Assembly: GCA_023213395.1 (NCBI GenBank)
Contig: CM041465.1
Span: 79,863,741-79,927,740 of the forward strand
Length of the DNA stretch: 64,000 nucleotides
Reading direction: 5' to 3'
Source of the DNA: Cycas panzhihuaensis
Lineage: Eukaryota; Plantae; Cycadophyta
Shown: positions 14,101 through 27,719 of the stretch, piece by piece
How the letters are laid out: every line of letters starts with the position of its first letter
How positions within the stretch are numbered: position 1 is the stretch's first letter
Notes under the pieces: model-generated
What the model saw: the letters and a program-made list of their open reading frames with translations, nothing else
The model's database searches: none
What the model was told of the DNA's origin: nothing
Position numbers and translations under genes: made by a program

Positions 14101-17100
14101 GGAGTTTATTTCGATCTGTATCTAGAATATGGGCATAGCATGTAGAGCCAAAAATTCTAAAGTAGTGAACAATGGGGGCTTGTCCTGACCACTTTTCATT
14201 AGGTGATTGTACTTCCTTTGATGGGCTAACATCATTGATATAATAAACAGCTGTCTAGATTGCTTCAGCTCATAAATAGGCAGGCCTCGTGATTGTCCTG
14301 TTCATGTGCTCGATAACTCCATTTTGTTGTGGGGTACCGGCTACTGTTGTTTGATGCTTGATGCCATTTTCTCGAAGGTAGCTTTCAAACTCATGTGAGG
14401 TATATTTGCCACCATTATTAGTTCGAAGATATTTGAGTTGATAACCTAACTCTTTTTCAGTGAGGGCTTTGAATTCCTTAAATATATGGAATGCTTCATC
14501 TTTCTTGTGTAGAAAATCTACCTATACTTTTCTAGTAAAATCATCAATAAAAGAGATGTAATATAACTTGCCCTTTAGTGAACAGGTTGTTGTGATTTAT
14601 TAGCCATCTGAACAACTCCATGAACATTTGAGCCAAATGTTTGATATAAACTGCGATTACATGTCATATGCTGAGTTGCTCCTGTGTCCATGATCCACTA
14701 TCCATCGATTGAAGCCACACTATTGGCAATTCCAATAGGGCTTGGCATTGGTGAAGGGAATTCACAAGTGATATATCCACACCGAGCTTCAAAGTATCTT
14801 TTTGGTTGGTCAATGGAATTTGATGTTGAAGATCCCTCAATTATTTGAATGTGTGCTTGTACAAAACCTGCACCACTAAAGGATTCTTCACAAGTTTCTT
14901 TAACATTGTGAGCTTTATGTTTTGGTTGCAACTTGGCTAACTTATAAGTGGTAGTTCTGTAATCTTTTACTAAGTGTCCTTTACAGTTACACCAATCACA
15001 CATAATAGTTTGATTACCAGTCCCTGAAGAAGTATTGGTTTGGCCTGACTGTATTGCTCTTCGTTGAGGTAGCCATTGGCCTTGAAATTGTCGAGGTTGT
15101 GACTGAGGGTTTGATTGACCTTGTGGACGATTTCCCATATTTCTTCCTCTTCCTCTTGCTTGGTTATTTCCTTTGCCACAAGAGGGACCTTAATTTTTTG
15201 TGTAGCAAACTTCTTCTTCTACCTTAAAGGCTACATCTGGAAGAGAGTCTGAGGCTACAAAGTTTGTATCAAAGGTCTTGTCAAATTCTATGAACTTCTC
15301 AGCAAGTGCTTCGAAGCTGAGTGTCTTCAATGTTCTACTAGATTGAAGACTTCCAAGCAAGTTTCTATAATTGGGGACATGTAAACATGACTGGATCAAA
15401 AATACCCAAGTGATGCATTGGGTCTTAGAGTCTTTGTCAATTGCCTGTTTGATTGGTCAAAGGAGATTTATTGTCTCATGAGCTCATCCGTTCTGCATTT
15501 TTAATTTGTTCATTTTCAAAACAAGATGAACAAATTCTAAATCTGACTTTGTATCAAAGTTCTTTCTAAGAACTTCTAGGACCTTCCAGGTTGTATCATG
15601 TTTCTCTTCGTTTATCAAGTTGTGCAAGGAGTGATCAATGACCAACAAAATTCCTGCACGAATCTTTTCATCATCTATCTCCCATTGTAGTTTAGCTGCA
15701 GCATCTGTAGGAGCTGTTAGGGCAGATCCACTGGAAGTAGTTGTTGTAGCCGTTGTTGGTGTGCTGGGTGTAGGCTGCAAGTGGGCTCTCCAAAGACTTT
15801 CACACTTTGCAACATTTTTAATTCCAGTATACCATATATCCTAATTTTCTTTGCCTTTCAATATGCAGTTAACATTTTGCTTGAATTGTTAGTACACTTG
15901 GCGCAACAGGGATGTAGAAATGATTATTATGATGAGAAGCAAGCAATGATTAACTATTTTTCAACAATTATATAAAAAAATGAATATAAGTAATGATGCA
16001 AGAATGAGGCCTAATATAGAGCTGGCAAAGAGCGGTGATGTGTCATACCACTAATCTCTCACTTATGTCCAAATGTAGGTGAGGTTTCGATGCCTAAGGC
16101 TTCTAGTATACGATTAGGGCCTTCACCCGCGATACCTGCACCTGCGCTTGGTGATGAAATCCAAGTCACAGTGGAGCCCAGGTATTCACAATCCTTGCCC
16201 AGTTCACCAATGAGCAACTATATACCTCCTCTGAAGAGTTAAACGGTACTGTGTATCCCACGACTATGACGGATATTAGACCGAGTTAATTTTAACCTTG
16301 CATTAAGGTTTTCAGTTTTTCTGGGTGGTTATCAGGATTATCCCTGATTGGAGGCCATAGGTATAGCTAACCTGTCCATCCACCACTATTCTGGTTAAGA
16401 CCAGACCCAGTATGAAACTCACACCTCCCTTAGGATATGGACTTCGGCCAACCTTGGTCTATTTCAACTAAGGTGAGTGTGCACACAAGTCAAGAATTGG
16501 TAGTATAAATCATACGAATGAGATTCCTTTTAGGAATAGTGTAAGATGTTTCCGTATAATTAAAAACTGAAATAGAAACTTGCCAAATGTGCTTGCTTGC
16601 TTTTCGTGCTTATTTTGTTGTTGCTGTTGCTTTGTGATGCTTTGTTGTTGCTATTGCTTTTGTGATGCTTTATTGTTGTTTCTACTTTTGTGATGCTTTA
16701 TGCTATGTGTGCAAATAGAAAAGCATGCTAGATTTAGCAGGGAAACCGGATGTTGCTTCTGATCCAAGATTTCCCTTGCTTTAGTATAATGTTTCCAAAT
16801 ATGATTTTAGAAGTTTTAATACAAAATCCACAATGGGATATAAATTAGATAAACTTGCCACTAAAATGATGATTTTTTTAAATCTATATGCATGTTATTT
16901 TGCCCTATTTTATGATTTTTTCACAAAATTTACAAATAATGATAAATGGGTAAATTTTTAGAAATTACAAATATGAAGGCCTAAATGATGAAATCTGAAG
17001 TTATAAAAGAAGGAAAAAGTGTTTAGAATGTCATTTCTGATAGATTTCTAAAGTCAGATTTTAGAAAAGACATAAAAAATTTTCTGCCTGAAAAAGCACC

Positions 17101-18153
17101 AAAGTAAAATCATGCCAGATCAACTATCTCAGAATCTGGACTTCAATATGTCAAAAGTTACATTTTGACATGTACATTAACTTTCCCTTCTGTACTATCT
17201 GCAAAATCTACCAAAACCTTGCCCAAAATGCCCTTACAAGGTCCTTTGTGGGGTTGAGTAGGCAAAATCAGCAACCGTGAGAAAACTACATAGATCTCAC
17301 TAACCAGTGGATGAAATTTGATGAGATTTATCTTAAAATGATCTTAATACATAAATGTACTAGATACCTTAATAAAACTTTCAGATCTTCAGCTTATAAT
17401 TGAGGGATTTCATTAGGAAATGTACTTTAAATCACTTATCCACAAAATTTACCCTTTTGTCATAGCTAAAACTCACTATTTTAGGCTAAATTTGGAGTTT
17501 CTCTAGAAGACAAAAATGATCCTCTAGTGAAGCCGACCTTGCATGCCAAATTTCATCAAATTCTGAGATGGTTAAATTTTTTATGAAAATTTGGGCCTTT
17601 AATGCTTCCAGGACTATTTCGGTAGCTAAACGGCTTCAAAAACCTGTATTCTTCACCTCTGAATTTCTTCACACATGTACAAAGTAGCAACATACAAAAT
17701 ACTATAGTTTTATACTCTCAAAATGTTTAAAAAAATAAGGAATGCACTCTTAATACTTCACATTGAAGGCGAAGGAGAGGCAAAATGACTCCATGCAAGT
17801 GGAATGGAGTGAATAGATCCCCTTCTAGCTATGATACCACATGAAGAAAGGATGGATCTAGGAGATAAATCATTCACATGCACACAATGGCAATGGAGAA
17901 TGAAAAAGAAGATGAAACAAGATATGGGAGCAAGCTTGGAGGTGAGAATGAATAATGACTCCCTCCTTGAGATTTCACCTTTTATTATTGAGGGTGAGCA
18001 TTAGGGTTAGGATTTTCCTGCCTAATGATATGAACCCAAAATTACATCTAAATGCACATAAAGTACATTTCATTAAAAGACTAATGTTAATAATATATCC
18101 TAAAGTCACATAATTAATCTACACAAATGACCTTGATACATTAACCTTTTTCA
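11136..18153 (-). mobile_element. Ty1/copia LTR retrotransposon (decayed, internal deletion)
   Basis: 312-bp LTRs 11136-11447 and 17842-18153. Met-type PBS (rc GCTATGATACCA) next to 17842. PPT rc ATCCCTCCCTT at 11448. TSD ATATA/ATATC. Confidence 0.93.
11900..15900 (-). pseudogene. pol: Copia gag-pol (gag, zinc knuckle, protease start, integrase, RT, RNase H)
   Basis: CDWCNCKGH knuckle. WIMDTGATQHMT protease. FIDDFTRK and QQNGV integrase. [17 protein letters not shown] and LDIKTAFLNG RT. VDNQSAI...TKHI...ADQVACIFTKPL RNase H. Confidence 0.93.
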
Positions 18154-18799
18154 ATATCATTAATAGAGATTTTTACAGATGAGTTTTATGCCTTGTATAA
18201 TTGGTCCTCTTAAAGCCAAAGTCTAGATAAATATACCTTGGTAGACATTTATATCACACGTCTTTAGGATCATATTCAAATGCACCTCAAGACATTGTTA
18301 GTAAACTCTCTCAATAAAGCCATCAAAATGGTTAGAGTAATAGAGACATAATTCACAGTCAAGTGACCCTTACCCACTCAACAATATAACCCATGGTTCT
18401 CATGACACCATCTGACAGACTTCCAACAGTCTCAACCCTGATTGGATTATACAACTTGATCATAAACAAATTTTCAACACCCTCAACCCAGATTTGAAGA
18501 TGTAACTTGACCTATAATAGATCATCAGGTAAAAGAATCCACACCAAAATAAGTCTAAATCCCATAAGCAAAAGCACAACGTCATAAAGAGGTCACATTT
18601 TATATTCAATATTTAAAAAAGTGGCCTATTGGATATGGTCACATTTATAAAGCAAGGCATATAGAGTTTTCTATCAACCCAACCCTATCCCCTAATGACC
18701 ACTATGATTCCAACTCAAAACATGAGGCTGATGAAGAATTCTTGAAAGACACAACTCTTGATCCTCAACCTAAAGTATCGCTCTCCATTGTAGTGTCTA

Positions 18800-21700
18800 C
18801 CTCTTATCCTAAACCCCTTTACATCAAGGGAATTCTCTATAAAACTCTAATGTTAATCCTAATCAACAATGGTATGTCCCTAAATTTTATTAATATTTCA
18901 TTGGCCTAACAACTCAACCTTTATATTATCTTGAAGATTTGCTTTACCTACTCCCTATTAGGGTACCGAAAGCTCTACTATGTTGGTATTATTAAAAACT
19001 TATATGTCTAGATCGGCACATACCTCTTAATCTTGGACTTCTATACATTATCAATATGAGGATTTGATGTTATATAGGAGTCTAATGGTTGTAAACCTTA
19101 GGAATGTATAGTATACATAACTCCATAAATAATCCCTTTATCTTGTTCAAGGATCAAATGGGCCAAATGCATAAAATCTATAGGCCTTAATCCCACCAAA
19201 CCAAGTGGTCTTGACAAGCCATATGAAATGACACCTTCAATCCTACCTTGGTTATATAGTTTGCCTTAATAACATTCAGGTTGACCCTCAAATCCACCCA
19301 CACATCCAAGATATCATTACTAAATACCTATAAATATTTTCTCCTCTTCCTGCCACTACCCCACCTTACCATGGTTTCTACAATAGAATTGACCTATAAT
19401 CTAATCATGACCTAATTAGCCTACACCCATACAGAAGCTCCTACTTCCAAAAAAATGAAATTAAGAAAATCACAACCGAATTAATGGATACGGGAATTAT
19501 CTAGCCCAATGAAAGCCTGTATGTGGCCCCCATAGTCTTGGTTTGGAAGAAAGATGACTTCTTTCACCTTTGCATGGATTCTAGCAAACTAAATAAGATT
19601 ATTATAAAAAAGAAATTCCCTACTCTATGAATAGATAACTTGCTAGATGAAATCTATGGAGCCTCCATCTTTTCTAAGCTAGATTTATAGTCTGGATACT
19701 ATCAGATTTGATTACTCTAGAGGACTGTAATAAGATAACTTTCCAAACACATCATGGCCACTTCAAATTATGAGTGACACCTTTTAGCCTTTGTAATACA
19801 CTTACCACCTTATAAGCACTTATGAACAAAATCTTTAGCCCCCACCTTCAAAAATTTGTCATCATCTTCTTTGACGATATCCTTATCTATAGTTCTTGCT
19901 TAGACCATCATATTTATCATCTAGAGATAGTTCTCTAAATACTACATCAAAATCAGTTGTATACAAAATTTTCCAAGTATAAGTTTGCACAAACATATCC
20001 AATATTTAGGACATATCATATCCTTATAAGGGGTATGGGTAGACCTTAACAAAATATTGGTCATTACTACCTAGGCAACACCAACCACACTCACATAACT
20101 ACAAACATTCCTTGGCCTTACATAGTTTTACTATCGGTTTATATAAAACTATGCCTCTCTTATTGCTTATCTAACCAACCTCCTTTGTAAGGATTCCTTT
20201 CAATGGTCTTCACAAGCTAAAGCTACCTTCTCCCATCTAAAAGTAGTTATGACCTCTACCCCAATCCTTGTTAGCTTGAATTCTACCTAACCATTCCAAC
20301 TTGAATGTGATACATTAGGATTCAACCTAGGCATAATTCTTATACAAGACTACCAACCTATTATATTTGAAAACAATAAACTATAAGATCACAAACTCTA
20401 ACTCTCTACTTACCGAAAGGAAATGCAAGCTATCTTACACATTGTAGATAAGTAGTATCAATACCTCCTCACAAACCACTGTAACCTCCATACTCTATTG
20501 GATCAACCAGTTATGTTGGAAGAATAAGCTAAGTAGATCGACTACCTGCAGGTTTTTGACTTTACAATCTCTTATAAGAGAGGCAAAGATAACGTGGTTG
20601 CAGATGCTCTTTCTCACCTACACCATGATTTTGATTCCCCAAACTCCAATATCCATGCTATATCAATGCCCACCCTATTTGGCTTGATAAATTATAGGCT
20701 AAAAATTAGGCTCAACTTGATTATGCCCATTGGAGAAAAATATCCCTCACCCACAAAGGTTGTTTGACCTACAATAACCACCTATTATTTAGGAATCTCA
20801 TCTTTATACACCCTTCCTCCTTATTCATTCCTCAGATTTTAACCAAATTCCACTCTACGCCACTAGGGGGCTACTCAGGCTTTGATAAAACTTATTGACA
20901 TATTCATATAGATTTCTTTTGGCCCTATATGAAATCCAACATCTTTACCTTTATATCAGAATATGACACTTGTTAGCGAAATAAAGTGGGCGGCAAAGCC
21001 CTCTTAGGTCTACCCCCATTTGCCAATTTTAACTCTATTTGGGTGGTCATTGACAGATTAACTAAGTATTCATACTTCCTCCCAATATTTACTTCCTATA
21101 TATCTTCTTATCTTGCTAACCTCTACATCTAATTTATTTTTCAGCTTCATGGATTTTCCTCAACCATCATCTATGATTAAAATCCCAAGTTCATTAGCTT
21201 CTTTTAGTAATAATTTTTTAGAGCCACAGGAACCATATTTAACATGAGTTATGCTTACCATCCTTAAACAGATGGTTAATCTGAGGTTTTGAATAAAATT
21301 CTAAAAATATACCTTTATTATTTTGCTTTCGAACACTAAGTTAAGTAGACTTCCTAGTTATCCCTAGTAGAATATTGATGCAATTTATCTCACCACTCAG
21401 CCATTAACATGTCCCCATTTTTGGCCTTAAATGGTTATCTCCCCCCTTCATACCATACCTTGGCTATAAATCTCTGGACTACCTTAGCCCAACAAAAGCT
21501 TTAAGAGATGGACTAAATCTTCCATCACCTTCAGTAAAACCTAACCACTGCCTAGAACTATATGAAACAACTTATTGACCATCACTAATTTGATTAATCA
21601 TTTGACATTGGAGATCTTGCGTAAATCTATCTCCAACCATATAAACAACACTCCCTCAAGTTTCATTAAGGCTAGAAGTTAAGCCCATGATATTATGGTC

Positions 21701-22012
21701 CATATAAAGTACTCTAAAAGATTGGTGAAGTTGCATATGCCCTTGAACTTTCTCTAGACTTTAATATCCATAATGTTTTTCATGTGTCTTGCATAAAAAG
21801 ATTCTTTGGAAAAAAAGTTACATCCCATACCCCCTACCCATCCTTAATGATGAACAACACTTCACCGTCCCACTAGATCGAACCCTCACTAGACATCAAT
21901 GCCACCTTTGGAATCGTATTATTTTTTAGCATCTAGTACAATAGGTCAGTTGTGATACAGATGAAGTAACTTGGGAATCTAAAGAGTTAGTCTAACAACA
22001 CCCTTATCTCTA
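18800..22012 (+). pseudogene. pol: Gypsy pol remnant (PR, RT, RNase H, integrase, chromodomain)
   Basis: APIVLVWKKDD, SIFSKLDL*SGYYQI, IFFDDILIY, GKDNVVADALS, WVVIDRLTKY, YYGPYKV, VFHVSCIK and chromodomain-like LVQ*...EVTWES. Confidence 0.88.
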
Positions 22013-22048
22013 ATGCTTCAAGAGCTTAGCATCTTAAAGGGGGGGACT

Positions 22049-22424
22049 TGTAACATAACCCATTTTCTTAAGTGGAAGAGGCACCACCATGGAATAATTA
22101 TAAAGTGTTAAGTGTTGATGTTAACTATTATGCTTTGTACATGAGCCACTAAGCCCACTAATGATATGTGAGACTATTAGAGCCACCAATATGATTATTG
22201 AAGATTGAGCCCTCTTCTATCTATTTAAAAAGTAGAGCTTACTTGTAATGGTTGTTTATTATTTACATTTCTTAAGAGAAGGTACTTCAGTACTCCCTTT
22301 TGGTGCTCTTTTGATGTTAATTATGTGTGCTATTCTGCAATATTGGCATCCTAAGTTAATAAAGTGCTCTATCTATTCTCTTTCTATCCAATTCATAAGG
22401 ATAAACTTGAGAAGAAATACTTCA
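22049..22424 (+). repeat. 3' LTR of chromovirus element
   Basis: TGTAAC...TTCA followed by TSD CTAGA. Confidence 0.88.
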
Positions 22425-22697
22425 CTAGATCTAAAAATACACTCCAATTTAGTTTGATGTAAGAAAACTTTAGAATGATATATATTTTTAGATTTGCTAT
22501 CATTTGCATTTTTTGTTGCATTAAGCATTTGCATGTGATTTTTGGAGGTGTATTTGATTTCCAAGGCATGCATGGATACATCCTTTTATATAAATATCTC
22601 TTAAGATATGATATAATCACCTAAGTATAATTCCAAACAAAATTTGGTTCTCTTTGATGAGCATATATGAATTGATTAATCCATTAAAGTGTTGTCA

Positions 22698-25600
22698 AAA
22701 TAATAATAATATGCTAAATCAAAATTTTAACTAAATTAATAAAAGGTCAACTATGTATATAAATAGTGTTGAACTACCAATTAAAATATGCTAACATACA
22801 AGCAAATAAAAATATTTTGTCAATGCACAAGCAACACATATTATTTTTATAACACCCCTTCATAATACATATTTAGGATGACATTTAGGTTTCCTTTGAA
22901 TTTATAATATTTAATTTTTTATAATGCTTTTATAAGAATATCTACAATGTAGTATTCAATCCTATAATAAAGTAGTTTAATTTATCCTTACTATTCCAAT
23001 TCTTGAATAAAATGATGTTTAACCTTGATATGTTTTGTTCTGCAATGTATGACTACATTCTTCATTATTTGAATGGTACTTTAGTTATCACAATAAATTT
23101 GTGTAGGTCTAATAGAAGGCTAGTGTAAATCTTGTAATATCTTTCTAAGCCAGACTGCTTCATGAGTTATTGCTTTAACTGGCTTATACTCTACTTTAGT
23201 TGTATATAATAAAATTGTCAATTATTTCTTTATATTCTAAGCAATTGTATTTGAACCAATGTTGAAAACATAACTTGATATTGATTTATTGTCTTCAATA
23301 TCACATGCCCAATCTATATTGATATAACCAACTAATCTACATTCATTTAATTGAAGTGTAATAAAGTCCATAATCTAACGTTCCTTTAAGATACTTGGAG
23401 ATTCCCTTTATTACAATCTGTTTCCCAGCTAGTGGGAATGGACTCGGGACGCATCGACACAGGTTTGTGCAGGTATATGTTCTTACTTTTCTTACTTATG
23501 GTTGCTAAGGGAATTTAGAATAGTTTGATTGACATGTGCCTGCCTACATGCATTTGTTTGATTACCTGTTCATAATGCATGTGCCTAACGGCACCTCTTA
23601 GCCTATGACGACTCACAGCGGGGGCATCCATAAGCGGATCGACACCGTATGGCGTCTACCCACCACGATGTCTCCATGGTCTTTCGGGATGCTTTTGCCG
23701 GCTTGTTTATTCGTGTTACCACGTGCCACTTATGTTGCAAACCCTTCCTAAGCTGGTTTAACCCTTAGTTAGGGCTCTTTGCACCATTTTGAGTACTTGC
23801 CCACCGCTGGGCCTTTCCCGATTGATGTATTTGAGCTTAGCCCTGTTCTTACCCTAAAACCGATTTTTATGACTTTCATGTTGCATTTTCTTCTTTTTGA
23901 GTTTGTAGCGATGCTGCTGAAGTTTGCCAGCTGCAGACGACTGCTCAAAATTTAAAAAGAAACCACGCGACGATGGCCGCGTGAATCGCCAGCGTGGCTC
24001 GACGCTGGAGGCGCCCGAGGGCCCCCAACGTTCACTTGCTATGCCCAAGGCATAAAAGCCTTTTTTTCACTCATTTTGATAGATTCTTCAACTCACTTTT
24101 CAAGACTCCCAAGAAAAAACTCTCTATTAGAAACCAAAAAGAAAGAGTGACAAGAAAGCTTCTCCCTGAAGCTTGACAGAGATCTGAGGGTCGCTATTAC
24201 CGGAGTTGCATAGGCCATCACCCTCACGAGCTCCATTACAAGCACCATCTCTCCTCACAAAGATCCAAGGCTTCAAGAGGTTTTCTTCATCAAAATCCAC
24301 TCCAAAGACCCGTTCTCAAGCTCCCAACTTGCATAAGGCTCTACTCTTCCACTCTCATGCAAAGGACATTCAACTCCACTTCTTGACACCGCTGCCGCCT
24401 CAAGTTGCTAAGTGCCTACATGCACTCATTCTTCTCCATTCAAGGTATTTATTGGCTCTATTAGTGCTTTTTTTTGCTTGTTTTTTCCATTGAGTTGCTT
24501 GCAAATTCTTTCCTCTTGTTTGCATGCACTTCCTTTGAGTTTCTTTTGGCCGTTTGATGCATATAACCTTAGTAGTTATGGCTTACTAGAGCGCCGCCCT
24601 AGGTTAGGCGCATTTTTCTTGTGATTTCCTAAAACTCATCCTCTCCCACCGAGTTCCCTCTTTTGCCATTTTCTAAGCTACCAAGATAAAGGGTTTTACG
24701 AGGATTTGAGGGAGATAAGTGGTTCCGTCCCCATTGCCGCCCTTCTCCCCAAGGGTTCCGGCCCCTTATCCTCTCTCCCTTTATCACCCGCGCTTTCTTA
24801 GGAGACGGGGCTAGAGAAACCTTAGAGGGTTGGCTTGAGTTTCCTCATTGGCGTAGGCCATTTGTTATCACACGACCCATCTTGTTGCATGCTAGCATTG
24901 TTTCCCTATACCCTGTGGAGACCTCTCGTGGGTGAGTTAGCCATCCCGAGGCTACACTCAATCCTATTCGGCATTTTATGGTGTATGACGACCGCATATG
25001 TGTCGCGCGGCTTTGTTTCCTTTCCATTATATGTGGGTGCTTAACTACGTCTGACTAGCCTAGTTGATTTCATTTTCAGCGTATACATATACATATATCT
25101 CGGTTTGGTAGCCTCTCTCCGAGAGGAGGGTGTTCTCTACGGTTGTGTGCAAGATCGCTTGAGAGGGAGGGTACGCGAGGTCAACCCGTTCTTGGCCAAC
25201 ATCACGAGGCACGCCTTTCCTTTTTTTGGTTGTTTTGAGCTTTACTTTCCGGTTCTTTCAGTTTGTTAGTTCTTGCATGCTCTTGGGGAGGTAAGTGAAC
25301 CCCCTTCGACGCCTTTGATCGACGTTGCATGCGCGGAAGACGGAGGGAAGGAGCGCGACCGAGGAGGGAAACCAGTATTTACGCTTCGGACTCGTGTCCG
25401 GTATTTCCGCGTATCTTCGTGTTTACTTTGTGTTTTTACGCTTCGTTGCATTTACTTTGATCTGTAAAGGAACATAAGGGAAAGAAAGAAAAAAATAAAT
25501 CGTTTACTTTACATTTGCTTTCTTGTACTTCTTTATTACATTGCATGACATAGTAGTATAGGTCCCATTTACCTATACCCCTTAGCCACACTTACCCCTT

Positions 25601-27719
25601 TACCCCGTGACACGTTTGGTTGATTGCCCCCTCGTCGCCTTCTCATTGCCTTGAGAAGCCGCGACGTGCGAGGTTCTTTTTCCCTTCCCGGCCATCCGAA
25701 GGGTAGGAAGGCCTCGTCTTGCACGGCTACCTGGAAGCAACCAGGCACCTTGCGATCCTGCACTCCGGCTCCGGCCAAGACGGACGTCTGCGAGTATGAT
25801 CCTCGCTAGTTAGCCTGCTTAGCATATTGTTTCTATGCCCTTCCCGCTAGGCGTTGGATCATTGCCCCGCGGAGAGCGTTTCACAATCCAATGTTCTTTC
25901 TTGAGTTTTGGCATGAATCTTGAAACCAATTGACTGCATATACTATGTTTAGTTGAATATTTGTTAAATAAATCAAAATTCTTATCAATTGGTAATATAG
26001 AGTAGGATCAACTAAAACAAAATCTTCATTTTTTACTTAACTTCAACCCAACTTCAATAGGAGTAATAACTGGATTATAATTACTCATGTTAAACTTCTT
26101 TAAAATATCCATTTCATATTTAGTTTGCGATATATGTATGACATTATCACCTTGCCACACTTTAATACCAAGAAAATAGTGCAACTAATCTATGTCTATC
26201 ATTTTAAATTTTGAACTCATATCATCTTTGGATTCTTAAAACATTTAATCATTATTTTTTACATAAATGAGAATATCAACATAAAGCATAATAATTAAAT
26301 TAAAATACCAACTATCTTCACATATAAATTAGGATTAGAAGGGCTCTTTTAAAATCTTTTATCTTAGAAGTACCTGTTAATCCTAGAATACCACACTCTT
26401 GGTATTTGTTTCAAACCATACAAAGCTTTCTTCAATTTGTAAACTAAGTGTTCATGCTCTTGAATTTCAAATCCTTATAGTCATGTCACATAAATTCCCT
26501 CATTAACATAACTATTAAAGAATATTGACTTAACATTTATTTAAAACACTATTTATTTTTGTTGAGTAGTTAAGGATAAGACACTCTTGATTATGTCCAT
26601 TTTAGCAACTAGCGTAAAGGTTTCTTCATAATCAATTTCTTTTTATTAAGTATAACCTTTTGCAACAAACCTTGTTTTAAATTTATTAATTGTGCCATCA
26701 ATTTTATCTTTAGTTTTGTATGCCCACTTGGTTCCAATTACATCTTAACCAATAGGTAACTTTATAAAACTTAATGTTTCATTTCTCATCAAGGCATTAT
26801 ACTTAACTTCTATTGCTTAAATTTAATCTTCATTTTTAGTAACTTTATTAAATGTTTGAGATTCATTATTTTGCATCACTTGAGTCATTAAGTCATACTT
26901 GACTTGAGCTTGTGATCTTATCATTCTTCTTTCAAGGTTTGTATAAAGAGTATCACTTGGGTTATGACCCCAAATAAACCATTTTGGACTTTTCTTTTGA
27001 ACTTGATTTGCACTAGAACTTGGCTCATTTAATGAAGTTCAAGAGAGCTCAATATCAATTATAATTTGTTTGTCTTTATCATCCCGTGCTTTTGGTTTGT
27101 ATAGAACATGCTCATAAAAGATAACATATCTACTAACAATTTTTTTTTTTGCTAAAGATCAAATAATCTATAAGCTTTTTATTCACTAAAATAGCTTATA
27201 AATATACTTTTAATATTTTTGTTTTCTAACTTCATTATCTTTCCATTAAAAATATGTGTATATGCCATAAAAAAAAAATTGACATTATGTTTGAAACTTA
27301 TTCAAACTTCTTAAGCAGTTAAGTCTACCAATACCTTAGTAGAATTTCTATTTAACAAATAAATTTTAGTATTCACTACTTCAACCTAAAATTCATAACC
27401 AAGTTCTTTTATTTTAAACATGCTTCTTGCTATTTCAACAACAATCCTAGTTTTCCTTTTAAAGATTCTATTTTGTTGAGATGTGTATGGAGTTGTAAAT
27501 TGTTTTCTTATACTTATTTTATAATTTTGATTTCTAAAGTCATTTGAAATAAACTCTCCCCCTAATAATCATGATATACCAAATAAAATTTTCAATTGAA
27601 TTAATCAAGGGCTAAACATGTACATAAATAGTGTTGTGCTACTAAACAAAAGGTGTTGATATATAAGCCAATAATAATGTTTTATTAATGCATAATTAAT
27701 GTATATTATTTCTTTAACA
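22698..27719 (-). mobile_element. Old, truncated Ty1/copia remnant (integrase part, RT, RNase H) split by a solo LTR
   Basis: Minus-strand KTRFVAKGYT, ETFTLVAKMD, LYVDIL, HYFLGIKVWQ, VGYINIDWACDIEDNKS. PPT rc CCCCTT near 22855. Diverged LTR-like segments at ~22698-22854 and ~27566-27719. Outer boundaries approximate. Confidence 0.75.
23419..25883. mobile_element. 2.5-kb solo LTR (probably gypsy Tat/Ogre-like), relatively young
   Basis: TG...CA termini, perfect TSD CAATC/CAATC, no coding domains, GC- and CpG-rich. Removal rejoins copia RT (KEHWIVIKGISKYLKGT). Confidence 0.85.

Larger units (their letters stand above)
9019..22424 (+). mobile_element. Ty3/gypsy chromovirus LTR retrotransposon (decayed), interrupted by Copia 11136-18153
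   Basis: LTRs 9019-9320 and 22049-22424. Perfect TSD CTAGA/CTAGA. Degenerate Met PBS after 9320. G-rich PPT before 22049. gag-PR-RT-RH-INT-chromodomain remnants. Confidence 0.9.

Noticed and set aside
23854-25809. Cluster of short ORFs in the GC-rich block
   Set aside because: Expected by chance in GC-rich solo-LTR sequence. No protein motifs.
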